The notes below the pieces were generated by a model that made no database searches, was not told the origin of the DNA, and worked only from the letters and a program-made list of their open reading frames with translations. A stretch of 64,000 nucleotides of DNA, from the NCBI GenBank assembly GCA_958295925.1, contig OY282384.1, positions 1,572-65,571 of the forward strand. The letters are read 5' to 3'. Positions within the stretch are counted from its first letter, which is position 1. Each line of letters begins with the position of its first letter. The position numbers and the translations under genes are program-made. This DNA comes from an uncultured Acidimicrobiales bacterium. Its GTDB lineage: Bacteria > Actinomycetota > Acidimicrobiia > Acidimicrobiales > CATQHL01. Positions 35,413 to 45,529 of the stretch are shown piece after piece.

Positions 35413-35438
35413 TGACCACGTCACTGGTCACCTGACCA
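35413..35438 (+). promoter_or_regulatory. operator-like TGACCA/TGGTCA repeats
   Basis: TGACCA-N6-TGGTCA-N2-TGACCA just upstream of SD GAGGGAGAG and ATG 35450. Confidence 0.3.
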
Positions 35439-35449
35439 AGAGGGAGAGA

Positions 35450-36445
35450 ATGAGCATGCAAAAGCTAGAACACGAAGCCCCCGACAACATCTCCATCACC
35501 GAACAGCTAACCTGGCTGCAGGAACTGGCCCGCCGCGCCGGCAAGCCCGGCGTCGGCCGGAACTTCATTGAACGCTTCCAAGAGCTTTACAACCAGCACT
35601 GGGCGAGCAGCTGGGAGGTCGACAGCCCCCACGCCCAACTAGCCAACGGCGGCCTCTGCGTCAACGCCGATGCGGACATCACGATAGAGTGGCACACGCC
35701 CCAAGGAACCTGGCGCATGCTGGTCCAAGACCAGGGCCCCGACCACACCAGAGGCAAGGTATTTCTATTTCCCACTGCCTTCCCGGAGCATCCCAACCAT
35801 GAGGACAACAGCACCCCCGTCGACCAGACCCCGGTGCACCTGGGCAGCATGAAACTGCAGTACTTCCATTCCTGGCGGCAGCTGGCCTTCTGGATGGGCC
35901 TGCCCCAGCAGAACCTCTGGGAGGAAGCCAGCGCACCGCTGCAAGAGAAACCGCGGATCGCTGACGAAGTAGCGAAGGAATACGGCTACGCCCGGCCCAC
36001 CGACCAAGAGATAAACGACCTGCTGAAGCTGTACCGCACCCACTGGGCCCGAGGCTGGCCCCAGGGGCATAAGAACCACAGCAACGAACAAGTGAACGCC
36101 GCCGTGCCGCCTTTCGCAGCCCGCTGGCTGGAAGACACGACCTTCCACTTGGAATGGATGGGATTGCCCTTCACTTACACCCTGCGGGTCAATCCGGCCA
36201 CCAAACAAGCCAGCGTGATACGGGCGAGCGACGGTGACTGGAGTTTGACCTGGAAGTTCGAACCGGACCGGGACGAAATAGTAGACCTGGACCTGAACCA
36301 GCCAGCCGACTGGCAGAGACTGGCCAGGTTCATGCAGGAAATGCCCAACGGCATCGACGTGGACTTCGTCCGTAAGCCTTATGCATATAGATATAGCCAT
36401 GCCGAGACCGCCCAAAGCAGGACAACAGTGCCAGGCACCCCGTAG
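35450..36445 (+). CDS. hypothetical protein with two family D modules
   Basis: YNQHWASSW..ITIEWHT..SWRQLAFWMGL then YRTHWARGWP..FHLEWMG..DWQRLARFMQE. Confidence 0.65.
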   Translation: MSMQKLEHEAPDNISITEQLTWLQELARRAGKPGVGRNFIERFQELYNQHWASSWEVDSPHAQLANGGLCVNADADITIEWHTPQGTWRMLVQDQGPDHTRGKVFLFPTAFPEHPNHEDNSTPVDQTPVHLGSMKLQYFHSWRQLAFWMGLPQQNLWEEASAPLQEKPRIADEVAKEYGYARPTDQEINDLLKLYRTHWARGWPQGHKNHSNEQVNAAVPPFAARWLEDTTFHLEWMGLPFTYTLRVNPATKQASVIRASDGDWSLTWKFEPDRDEIVDLDLNQPADWQRLARFMQEMPNGIDVDFVRKPYAYRYSHAETAQSRTTVPGTP

Positions 36446-37495
36446 AGCCGCAAGGTCTCAAAGTTACTAAGCAAATTAGCTGCCACGATGCCCACTGCCC
36501 CGATGAGCAGCAGGTCAGGCCGCACGACCTGCAAGGCACCCTGCAAGACACCCAGCCAGGCCGGAGCGTGGAACAGTCCCACCAGCGCAAAGCTCCAAGC
36601 TACCGCGCCGCCAGCGGCCAATCCCAGCCAAGCCAGGGTGAACAGCGGCGCCAGGTAAGCTAAGGAAAGCACACCCACGTTATCAGTCAAGAGCAGAGCC
36701 TTCCGCATCAAAAAGGACGACGCAGGGAGCAGGACAAAGCCGCCCAGCACGCCGGACCAGGCCAGCCCGGGAGTGAGATTCTCCCCAAGGAACCAGCCTA
36801 CTATCAGGTTGGCCGGCACCGACCCGACACTGCCCAGCAGAAAGGCCGTCAACGCGCAGAACAACTCCGCCGGCCCGGGTTCCCTGACGCCCAGAGCATC
36901 CACCAGCCCCCGAGCCCAGACCAGGCTGAAGGCGGCGCAGGAACCGGCGAAGGCCGCCAGCAGGACTAGGAAGACGCCCCACAGGGTCGACCACCCGACC
37001 AACCCCGCCAGCACCAGGCTGCCGGTCTGCCCCGCGACCACGAAAGCGACGCCGGCCAGGGCGAAGAGGAGCAGCACGACCACAGAGAAGTAATTACGGC
37101 CGTAACGCCGGTGGGGAACGCCGCTACCCCTGCCGCCCTTCCGATCCCACCGGAGCCGAAAACAGGCCGTACTCTACGCCGTTGAAGACCAGCAGCAACA
37201 CCATCCAGTGGCCGGCCCGCCCCCGGACCAGCCGCCAGAACAGCTTATTGAACATCAGCCCCGGCTGGTGGATGCTGAGCAGCAGGAAGCAGCCCAACGC
37301 CGTACCCAGCCGCCACATGGCGTTGAACAGGAAGGGAGAACCCGCGCCGCCGCTGGCCACCAGCACCGGCGGCACCAGAGAGATGAGAACTACCGCTACC
37401 AGGAGCAGCGCCACAGCTTGCAGGTTGCCGCTGCGCTGCGCCATTGACCTGGAACCCAGCAAACCGGTCTTTATTACATCTGCCATCACTGGCAA
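36379..37495 (-). pseudogene. DMT/EamA-like transporter copy 3, interrupted
   Basis: Two ORFs (37124..37495 and 36379..37083) in different frames. Relative to copies 1-2, the segment equivalent to FVDISVSAVLYELWPILMIILMARL is missing and a stop follows ..GLFSAPVGSEGRQG. Confidence 0.55.
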
Positions 37496-37705
37496 TTATA
37501 GGCGGCTACTGGCTAATAGACTGAAACCACCCCACCACTCCCTTTATTTCATCGCTGCCACTGCCTTCCCTCCCCCAGCTCTGGAAACCCGGTCAGCCAC
37601 AGTCTCCCACTGGCAAACAACCCCGATTACAATGAGAATAGAAGACCGACCGACGATAACCCCACCGCCAAGCCAGACCGACGCCAAGAAGGAGAGAACC
37701 CCAGC

Positions 37706-38110
37706 ATGACACCCGCCATGGTTCAATACGGCCACATCTACGTGGCCAAACCCGACACCCCGGCCCTCAAGCCGGAAGAAGACTACCTGGACAACCAGAA
37801 CTGGTGCGCCACCAGCGGGAACGACGACATCGTCGAGTATCACATCGACAACGGGGGAATCCACGTCCGACTCCGGGCCAACTACCGCATGACGACCCAC
37901 GAAATCCTGACCGACCAGCTGACCAGCCCGGACAGCGTCTTCGCCGTAACCCTGAAAGAAGCCGACAACGTGGTCACCTACCATCCCCGGATGCGCCGCA
38001 CCACCAGCAATCGGAAGACCAATACCCCAGCGCAGCAGGAAGGCTGGGCCACCTTCGAGCCAGTCCCGCCAGTCCCACCGGCGCCAACAGAAGCGGAAAG
38101 GACAAACTAA
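37706..38110 (+). CDS. hypothetical protein, family E copy 1
   Basis: GAAGGAGAG SD; YGHIYVAKPDTP../..TYHPRM parallels the next gene. Confidence 0.6.
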   Translation: MTPAMVQYGHIYVAKPDTPALKPEEDYLDNQNWCATSGNDDIVEYHIDNGGIHVRLRANYRMTTHEILTDQLTSPDSVFAVTLKEADNVVTYHPRMRRTTSNRKTNTPAQQEGWATFEPVPPVPPAPTEAERTN

Positions 38111-38114
38111 GGCC

Positions 38115-38510
38115 ATGCCGTTGCCCGAAGTCCGACAAGGACACTTCTACGTCGCCAAGCCCGGCTACCCGCCCTTTCCCCCAGGGATGAGTTACAAAGA
38201 GACCCAGTCCACCAAGGACGGAAAAGCCGAAGGCTGGTTCGCCCTGAACCTCAAGAACGAAGCGGTCTACTACCGAGACCACGGCGACCGCCTGGAAACC
38301 CGCCTCCAACCAGTCAAAGAAGTGGAAATCAACGACCTGGACCAGGTCATGGCCTACCAGCTCACCAAACCAAATTATGCCTTCGCCCTGCTGGTGCGCA
38401 GCACCCACGGCGCCGGGACCATCTATCATCCGATGGCGCAACGCGACCCTACCACCCCACCACACACCCCCGGCCAGCAAGGCGGCGGAACCATCTTTCA
38501 CATACTATGA
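38115..38510 (+). CDS. hypothetical protein, family E copy 2
   Basis: QGHFYVAKPGYP..TIYHPMAQR; tandem paralog. Confidence 0.6.
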   Translation: MPLPEVRQGHFYVAKPGYPPFPPGMSYKETQSTKDGKAEGWFALNLKNEAVYYRDHGDRLETRLQPVKEVEINDLDQVMAYQLTKPNYAFALLVRSTHGAGTIYHPMAQRDPTTPPHTPGQQGGGTIFHIL

Positions 38511-39094
38511 GACCAATTCCCAGCACTGGGCAGAAGAGAAGCAAGTCAATGCAACTAGACACCATCAAACGGAAAGTATTCCGCACCAAGCGACCCTTCC
38601 TGAGCGTCACGCTGCAGGCAACCAGCCAAGACTACGGCGACGAACAGACCCAGGTCACCGCGACCGCAGAGATGCACAACCCCTCCAAAGCGGTAGCCCA
38701 CGTAGAAAACATCGAGTGGACCTGCCACGGGGTAGCACCCTACGCCACGGATATAATCGAAAAGAAGGTCAAGGAATACTTCAACCAACCGGACGGCCGG
38801 TCGAGAATAGAAACGGAACCGGGAGAGTTCCCCTGGGACCTGTTGGAGCGGATAACGCACTCCGATTCCCAGCGGGCACTCAACCCAGGAGAGACCCAAA
38901 CCGACACCGCTGCCTTCATCATCCCCCGATTCTGGAACACGGTACAGATAAGAATAGCCATTCCCAAAGCCCAAGACAGGAAGCAAAGGTGGGCCGCAGT
39001 AGTCACCCACGACATCCGCATCACCGGACAGAACGACCGAGCAGCCCATCGACCAGTCAATAGAGAACCCAGCCGCCTCCCGGCGCAGCAGTAG
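38507..39094 (+). CDS. hypothetical protein
   Basis: ATGA overlap with the previous gene; track ORF 195 aa. Confidence 0.55.
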   Translation: MRPIPSTGQKRSKSMQLDTIKRKVFRTKRPFLSVTLQATSQDYGDEQTQVTATAEMHNPSKAVAHVENIEWTCHGVAPYATDIIEKKVKEYFNQPDGRSRIETEPGEFPWDLLERITHSDSQRALNPGETQTDTAAFIIPRFWNTVQIRIAIPKAQDRKQRWAAVVTHDIRITGQNDRAAHRPVNREPSRLPAQQ

Positions 39095-39133
39095 CCGCCC
39101 ACTCCTACCATTACGAAGGAAAGAGAACACCGC

Positions 39134-42100
39134 ATGCAGAACGACCCCGCCCAGACCACCGACGCCACTCAAGACGCCATCCAGCAAGCCCTCCAGTCCC
39201 TGGAAGAAAACAACCCCAACCCAACCCAAGGCCGCTGGCTGGAAGCCATAACCATCAGCGCCGCGCCCCTGATTAAAGAATACGACCTAGCCGCCTGCCA
39301 TTCCTGGGCCGACTGGCCCGAGCGGGAAGACCACTTCCCGGAGACTTCCCAGCAGGACATCGGCATCGACGCCGTAGCCCAACGCCGGTCCGATGGCGCC
39401 TACGTCGCCATCCAGTGCAAAGCCCGGCAACTCAACGAAGCCGGCCAGGGCCAGGACATCCAGAAAGGCGAATTGGACAAGTTCGTCGCCGCCTCCAGCA
39501 ACCCCCTCTGGGCCGAACGCTGGCTGGTCACCAACGGCGACAACCAGATCAGCGGCAACGCCGGGCAAGTGGCAACCATGTCCGACCCCGGCCGCCCGGT
39601 CAAGCTGGTCAACCTCCACGCCGACCTGGTGGCTCAGGCCCAGAGCCAAAGCTACCAGGAAGAACCCTGCCCCCACTGCCGGGCCCAGGAGGACGCCTTC
39701 CTGCCGGATAACTACATTGACAGTAACGACGGCGCGAGCCGGCCCATCCAGACCAAGTCCTGCATGCAGCACGAGGCCGTCGCCGCCAGCGTCCGAATAC
39801 TCAAAGAGCACGAACAATCCGATACCGGCGGCCTCCCCGTCGGCCAGGCCCGCGGCCGACTGATATTACCCTGCGGCACCGGGAAGACCCGCATATCACT
39901 GCGAATAGTGGAAGAACTGACCGACCCCGGGCAGCTTTCGATAGTACTCTGTCCTTCAATCGCATTGGTCGCCCAGCTGCGGCAGGAATACCTCAACCAG
40001 GCCCACCGGCCCCTCCGCGCCCTGGCCGTCTGCTCCGACCAGACCGCCGGCTACGACCCCCGGGGCGAGGATAAGCGCAACACCGCCGAAGACCCCACCC
40101 TGGACAACAGCAACGTCAGCGCCAAGGAACTCAAAGGCAAAGTAACCACCGACTCCCAGGAGATCGCCGACTGGATACGGCAAGGACAAGCAGAGAACCA
40201 GGAAAGCGACGACAAAGCCATCAGCGTCATCTTCGGCACCTACCAATCCGGCGCCGCCGTCGCCGAAGCCCTGAAGCTGGCCGAAGCCGAGGTCCAGGTC
40301 CTCATCGCCGACGAGGCCCACCGCACCGCCGGGCTGAAAAAGAAGCAGGGCGCCTCCGCCAAGGCCTACGAGGCCGAGCAGCGCATCCGCGACTTCACCC
40401 TGTGCCACGACCAACAGGCCTTCCCGGCAAAATATCGCATCTACCAGACCGCCACCCCGCGGATCTACACGCAGCAAGCCCGCCGGGCCGTCCCCGACAG
40501 CGACTGGGTGGTCCGCTCGATGAACGACGAATCCATCTTCGGCGTGGTCCTCTACGAAAAACAGTACGTCGAAGCCGTCAGGAACGAATGGCTCAGCGAC
40601 TACAAGATAATCGCCCTGGGAGTGAACGACCACCAGGCCCTGGAACAAGCCAATCTGATGGCCCTCCAGGACACCGGAAAAGGGACCAACCAGCTGACCG
40701 TCACCAAGTACCTGAAGGGGCTGGCCTTCGCCCTGGCCATGGCCGGCGCCACTCAGTGGCCGCCCAACCCGGAAGACAAGCAGGACGACCAAGACGGCCA
40801 GAACAACCAACAGACCCAACAACAGCGCAACCAAACTGAAAAGCTCCACCTGCCGATCCAATCCTGCATCGCCTTCATGAACACGGTGGAGAAGTCCAAG
40901 AAGATGCAGCGAGAGCTGAGCACGGACACCATCCGCAGCTGGCTCCGCATCTGGATGGCAGAGAACAAGATGCCGGAAGGGCCGGCGCACTATCAACTGG
41001 AGCACCTGGACGCGAGCAGCAACATCGTCAAACGCGACAACGCCAAACGCAAACTGGCCCAAGCCACCAAAGAAGCACCCCACGCCATCATCAACGTCGG
41101 CATCTTCGGCGAAGGGACCGACTCACCCTCCCTGAACGCCATCGCCTTCCTGGAACCCCGGCGCAGCCCCATCGACGTGATTCAAGCCGTGGGAAGAGCC
41201 ATGCGGACTTCTCCAGGAAAGGAAACCGGCTACATCATCTGCCCCATCGTGATTCCGCCCAACGCCGACCCCGAACAATGGCTGAAGCACAGCGGACCCG
41301 ACGACGGCTGGAAGGAGCTGGGCGATATTCTCCTAGCGCTCAGGGCTCATGACTCCAGGATCGAAGACAACCTGGCCGACCTGCTGACCCTCTACGTCCC
41401 CAAGCCGCCGCCGGTAGTGACTAATCTAGTAGCCATCGCGATCGGAGAGGACAAGCGTTTCAGCTACCGGGAGCATACCGGAGAACCCGGCCAAGCCGTG
41501 GAAGACCTGGAACTCGTGCTGACCGACCAGATGCCGATCAATAGAAAGTTCCGGCCGGTAACCGAAAGGACCGGGAACGAAGCCGCCCGGCTCAGCGTCA
41601 CCGCCGCCAGGACCGGCCCGCTTTCCGAGGAAGACGGCCCCATGTTCCAAGGGCTGAACGGCAGCCCCGAAGGCGCCGGCCAGCCCGGCACGGCCCCCGC
41701 CGCCGAAGCAGCGGCAACGATTGAAACAACCCAAGCTATTACAGCCCATCTCCCGGAACCCACCGAGATCCTAGCCGGTAAGAAGCACAGCGACGGCTCC
41801 CTGGAAATCCGCCAGGATTGCGTGGTACGGCAGAAGCCCCAGAACGACGGCACTCCAGGGCCAATCGACCTGGACAAGTCCAAGAAGCGCGCCCAGGACA
41901 TGCTCAACAAAGGCGAAGGCCTCCGCCTGGCCACCGGCGAGAACCGGCCGCCCCGCCGCCAGCGCCGCAGCATCCACGAGGAATCAGCCTACCAGCTATT
42001 GATGCGGACCAACCTGGACGAACACGGCCAGGCCATCCAGATGAACCTCCTGGCCAAGTCGGGACTGGTCCAGAACCGGCCCCAGCGGGACGCCAACCTG

Positions 42101-44467
42101 ATCGAAGCCTCCATCAAGGAGGCCGCCCACCAACTCACCCAGGACGGACTCAAGGCGGAATTGGAACGACACCTAGGCCTGGACCTACTCAAGCCCGACG
42201 ACAAGAAGCAGCAGGCCGACGGCTGCACCATCGCCGCCCTATTACTGATGAACGCCGCCATGCTGCACCAGCGCATCGCCCAAGGGCAGTGGCTGCCCAA
42301 CGTCAGCGACCTGAAGGAAATCAAACAGGACGTCCACGTAATTAGAAGAATCAAAAGGGAATGGGACCGCATCGGCCGCGTCGACTTCCTGCCTATAATA
42401 GAACCGGCCCTCAGCGTCATCGAAACCATCGAGGACACGGAACGGGTCGCCGGCCTGGAACGGGCCCTGCGGCACCTGGCAGCCGAGGCCGAACGCCTGG
42501 CCGCCACCTACGCCGACCTGGGCGCCGACCACGCCGGAGCGCTATTCAACAAGGTACGCGGCCACCAGGCCTCCGACGGCGCCTACTTCACCCGGCCCAC
42601 GGCAGCGTCGCTATTGGCCCGACTGACCCTGGACTGCCACGAACCCCAGGACTGGACCAGCGAAGAGACCTGGCGGGAAATGAAGACGATTGATTTAGCC
42701 TGCGGCAGCGGGACGATCCTGGCCGCCGTCCTGGCCGACCTGAAACGCCGGGCTCGGCTGCAGGGAGCTAGCGAAGAGCACCTCGCCCAGCTGCAGAAAA
42801 TAGCCGTCGAAGACGTCCTCAAGGGCCTGGACATTGACCCCATCTCCCTGCAGCTGGCCGCCGCCCAGCTCACCGGCGGAACCCAGGACATCCGCTATAG
42901 AAGAATGGGCCTGTTCCAGATGCCCTACGGCCCCAACCCCGAATACCCGGACCGCGTCTCCGCCGGAACCCTGGAACTGATCAGCCAGCAGTCCCTGGTC
43001 CCCCAGCCCGGGCAGCTTGGATTCCAAGACGAAGCGATCCAGACCCGGAACGCCTGGGAGAAGCAGCAGGAGACCGCGCTGGAAGGCGCGGTGGAAGCCG
43101 CACGAAGTCCCCGGAACATCGTAATGAACCCACCCTTCAGCAACCGCACCAAGGTCGGAGAGAAATTTCCCAAGGAGATTCAGAACAAGCTGCGGCAACG
43201 GATCGACCAGATGGAGAACCTGCTGGTGAAAAGCGACCCGGGCCTGACGGAGTTCGTCGACAAGAACTCCGTCATGCCCTTGTTTGCGGCCCTAGCGGGC
43301 CAACTGCAACAAGGGCATGAGAACAACGTCCTGAGTATGATCTGCCCAACTATCTCGCTCTCCAACACATCAGGATTAAACGAGCGAAAACTACTCGCCC
43401 AGCGATACCACATCCGCACGATCCTGACTTCCCACCAACCACGCAACGTCAATATGAGCCAAGGCACGGGCATCCACGAAAGTATTGTCATCATGGACAA
43501 TCAAGCCCCAGGCTCCAGGGTGCCAACCCGTTTCGTCCACCTAGACCGGATGCCAGTGGCTGAAACCGAGGTTGCGGACTTACACCAAAATCTGCAGGAT
43601 TGCCAACAAGGCCAAATTCCAAACGGATGGGGAGAGATCTCCCAGTGGCCCGCCAATCAAATGGAACAAGGCGACTGGACGCCAGCCGTCTGGCGGTCGC
43701 CCGAATTGGCGGAAGCGGCCCGGCAATTCGCCGCCCACCCGGAAATGCGAACCATTCAGGAACACGGATATTCTTGTGAAGCCACCCGCGATATGATGAG
43801 GAAGTCCAACTTTATCCCGGCCACTCCCGGAAATAAAAGTAGCTTTCCCATCATCGACTCAAAAGGCGCCGACGGACAGAGAACCATCCGAAGCACGCCG
43901 GACGCGCAATGGCAGCCGACGAACCCGGACGAAGAGCAACGCATGCGCAAACGACTACTATCAAAAGCCGGTTTCCTGATGATAACATCAGGACAGAATA
44001 CGTCCACCGCCCGGCTGACCACCATTGCCAGTGACGAAGCCTACGTCGGACGTGGGTGGCTGCCCATCACCGGGCCTAACGCCGAGGAAGCTAAAGCCGT
44101 AGCAGTATTCCTCAACTCTACCCCAGGCCGTCTCCAAATACTGAGCAGCGCCGGTCGCACAATAGCCTTCCCCCAATACAATCCAGAGCCCCTGGAGAGC
44201 ATCCAAATCCCCAATATCAAAGAAAAAGCAACCCTGAAGACCCTAACCGACTGCTGGGAGGCAACGAAAAACATGGTAGTCCCCCAGTTCCGCGACGGAG
44301 AATGCAGAGTGCGACAACTCTGGGACGAAGCAGTCGCCGAAGCTCTAGGCTGGGACCCTGAAGAATTAACCCGGCTCCGCCTACTCTTGCACCAAGAGCC
44401 CCACGTGCGAGGACTAGGCTACAACCAGTACCAAGAAGCAGAAACGATTCACGAGGAAGGAAATTAG
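39134..44467 (+). CDS. Type ISP-like single-polypeptide restriction-modification enzyme (nuclease + SF2 helicase + N6-adenine methyltransferase + C-terminal specificity region)
   Basis: 1777 aa. N-terminal PD-(D/E)xK-like DIGIDAV..YVAIQCK; helicase motifs I PCGTGKT, II IADEAHR, III QTATP, VI QAVGRAMR; methylase motifs I DLACGSGTIL and IV NIVMNPPFS. Confidence 0.85.
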   Translation: MQNDPAQTTDATQDAIQQALQSLEENNPNPTQGRWLEAITISAAPLIKEYDLAACHSWADWPEREDHFPETSQQDIGIDAVAQRRSDGAYVAIQCKARQLNEAGQGQDIQKGELDKFVAASSNPLWAERWLVTNGDNQISGNAGQVATMSDPGRPVKLVNLHADLVAQAQSQSYQEEPCPHCRAQEDAFLPDNYIDSNDGASRPIQTKSCMQHEAVAASVRILKEHEQSDTGGLPVGQARGRLILPCGTGKTRISLRIVEELTDPGQLSIVLCPSIALVAQLRQEYLNQAHRPLRALAVCSDQTAGYDPRGEDKRNTAEDPTLDNSNVSAKELKGKVTTDSQEIADWIRQGQAENQESDDKAISVIFGTYQSGAAVAEALKLAEAEVQVLIADEAHRTAGLKKKQGASAKAYEAEQRIRDFTLCHDQQAFPAKYRIYQTATPRIYTQQARRAVPDSDWVVRSMNDESIFGVVLYEKQYVEAVRNEWLSDYKIIALGVNDHQALEQANLMALQDTGKGTNQLTVTKYLKGLAFALAMAGATQWPPNPEDKQDDQDGQNNQQTQQQRNQTEKLHLPIQSCIAFMNTVEKSKKMQRELSTDTIRSWLRIWMAENKMPEGPAHYQLEHLDASSNIVKRDNAKRKLAQATKEAPHAIINVGIFGEGTDSPSLNAIAFLEPRRSPIDVIQAVGRAMRTSPGKETGYIICPIVIPPNADPEQWLKHSGPDDGWKELGDILLALRAHDSRIEDNLADLLTLYVPKPPPVVTNLVAIAIGEDKRFSYREHTGEPGQAVEDLELVLTDQMPINRKFRPVTERTGNEAARLSVTAARTGPLSEEDGPMFQGLNGSPEGAGQPGTAPAAEAAATIETTQAITAHLPEPTEILAGKKHSDGSLEIRQDCVVRQKPQNDGTPGPIDLDKSKKRAQDMLNKGEGLRLATGENRPPRRQRRSIHEESAYQLLMRTNLDEHGQAIQMNLLAKSGLVQNRPQRDANLIEASIKEAAHQLTQDGLKAELERHLGLDLLKPDDKKQQADGCTIAALLLMNAAMLHQRIAQGQWLPNVSDLKEIKQDVHVIRRIKREWDRIGRVDFLPIIEPALSVIETIEDTERVAGLERALRHLAAEAERLAATYADLGADHAGALFNKVRGHQASDGAYFTRPTAASLLARLTLDCHEPQDWTSEETWREMKTIDLACGSGTILAAVLADLKRRARLQGASEEHLAQLQKIAVEDVLKGLDIDPISLQLAAAQLTGGTQDIRYRRMGLFQMPYGPNPEYPDRVSAGTLELISQQSLVPQPGQLGFQDEAIQTRNAWEKQQETALEGAVEAARSPRNIVMNPPFSNRTKVGEKFPKEIQNKLRQRIDQMENLLVKSDPGLTEFVDKNSVMPLFAALAGQLQQGHENNVLSMICPTISLSNTSGLNERKLLAQRYHIRTILTSHQPRNVNMSQGTGIHESIVIMDNQAPGSRVPTRFVHLDRMPVAETEVADLHQNLQDCQQGQIPNGWGEISQWPANQMEQGDWTPAVWRSPELAEAARQFAAHPEMRTIQEHGYSCEATRDMMRKSNFIPATPGNKSSFPIIDSKGADGQRTIRSTPDAQWQPTNPDEEQRMRKRLLSKAGFLMITSGQNTSTARLTTIASDEAYVGRGWLPITGPNAEEAKAVAVFLNSTPGRLQILSSAGRTIAFPQYNPEPLESIQIPNIKEKATLKTLTDCWEATKNMVVPQFRDGECRVRQLWDEAVAEALGWDPEELTRLRLLLHQEPHVRGLGYNQYQEAETIHEEGN

Positions 44468-44475
44468 ACCAAAAC

Positions 44476-45462
44476 ATGAAGGTATGGGAGCCGAACCCAA
44501 ACGCCACCCGGGAGCAGAGCAAGGCCTTCGGAAACGCAATAGGCACAATTGACCTCACTCTCAAGAGCATGCTCAAATCTCTAGAACCCCAAGACGAATA
44601 CCTAGAGCTAAGGGCCCACGTCCAGCAACCAGCTGTAGAGCTTGGGAAACTACTGCCCATCGGAAGACACGGAGGGAACCTATTAGCAGAGGTAATCCAA
44701 GACCTCTTGTTGCACCCACTGCAAGCACCCACAGAAGCTAAACCATTCATCAAGCAATTCGAGTTCGAGATGCTTTACTGCAAATGGATCACCGAGCCAA
44801 AAGCAATGCAGACTCTGAGAAGCATGGCCAGAGGCAGCCAACGCGGGATATTCCATCCACGACCGGCAGAAGTAGTACACACTACTAAGTGGCAGCTCCG
44901 CAAAGAGATCCACCCGATGCACGGGATAAAGCACACCGGCGAGGGCTTCTTCCAAACCGAGGAACGCCTCTTCCAAGATTACAAGGAACCGACAATCGAC
45001 ATCGGTGCTTGGGGAAGCCAGCCACTATACGAGACAATCACGGAGGCCGGAGAAACCAAACAATTCACCCTCCTAGAGACAATCCGTTACATTCGGAACA
45101 CAGAAGGAGCCCACAGCGACACCAGTAAGCGGAAGGAGAGGGAAATCGCCCTCATGGACGTATTTGGCGACGCCGACAGCTTCAGCTACCCTCACTGGGT
45201 AATCATCCTGACCGCAGTCTACTTACGGAACGAATACGTCCTAGCACTGGAAAGAGCACCAGAGCATTGGAAACCGTACGTAGACCAGAAGCTAGTCCTT
45301 CACCTGACCGGAAAGTTACCCGAACCAAAGAGGATGCGCGGCGTCCAAGTACTAGAACCCAAGTCAGCAATGACCATTTACCTCCCAGACAACGTCAGCT
45401 CCCTGCCGACAGAAGGACAACGCCACTGGCTACATCGCACCATCACGAACCGCCACAAGTAA
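44476..45462 (+). CDS. hypothetical protein with a HEPN-like Rx4-6H motif (lower GC)
   Basis: 328 aa; IRYIRNTEGAHSD fits RNxxxxH; gene is visibly AT-richer than its surroundings. Confidence 0.5.
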   Translation: MKVWEPNPNATREQSKAFGNAIGTIDLTLKSMLKSLEPQDEYLELRAHVQQPAVELGKLLPIGRHGGNLLAEVIQDLLLHPLQAPTEAKPFIKQFEFEMLYCKWITEPKAMQTLRSMARGSQRGIFHPRPAEVVHTTKWQLRKEIHPMHGIKHTGEGFFQTEERLFQDYKEPTIDIGAWGSQPLYETITEAGETKQFTLLETIRYIRNTEGAHSDTSKRKEREIALMDVFGDADSFSYPHWVIILTAVYLRNEYVLALERAPEHWKPYVDQKLVLHLTGKLPEPKRMRGVQVLEPKSAMTIYLPDNVSSLPTEGQRHWLHRTITNRHK

Positions 45463-45529
45463 ACCTACCCCAGAGAAACACCAACCGACATAAAATAACA
45501 CTCAAGAGCCGAGAAGGAGAACGAAAGCG

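Noticed and set aside
40780-40850. Q/D/N-rich insert in the ISP helicase, considered as a separate feature or intein
   Set aside because: It is a short low-complexity stretch (PEDKQDDQDGQNNQQTQQQRNQTEK) with no intein or homing motifs, so it was treated as a linker.
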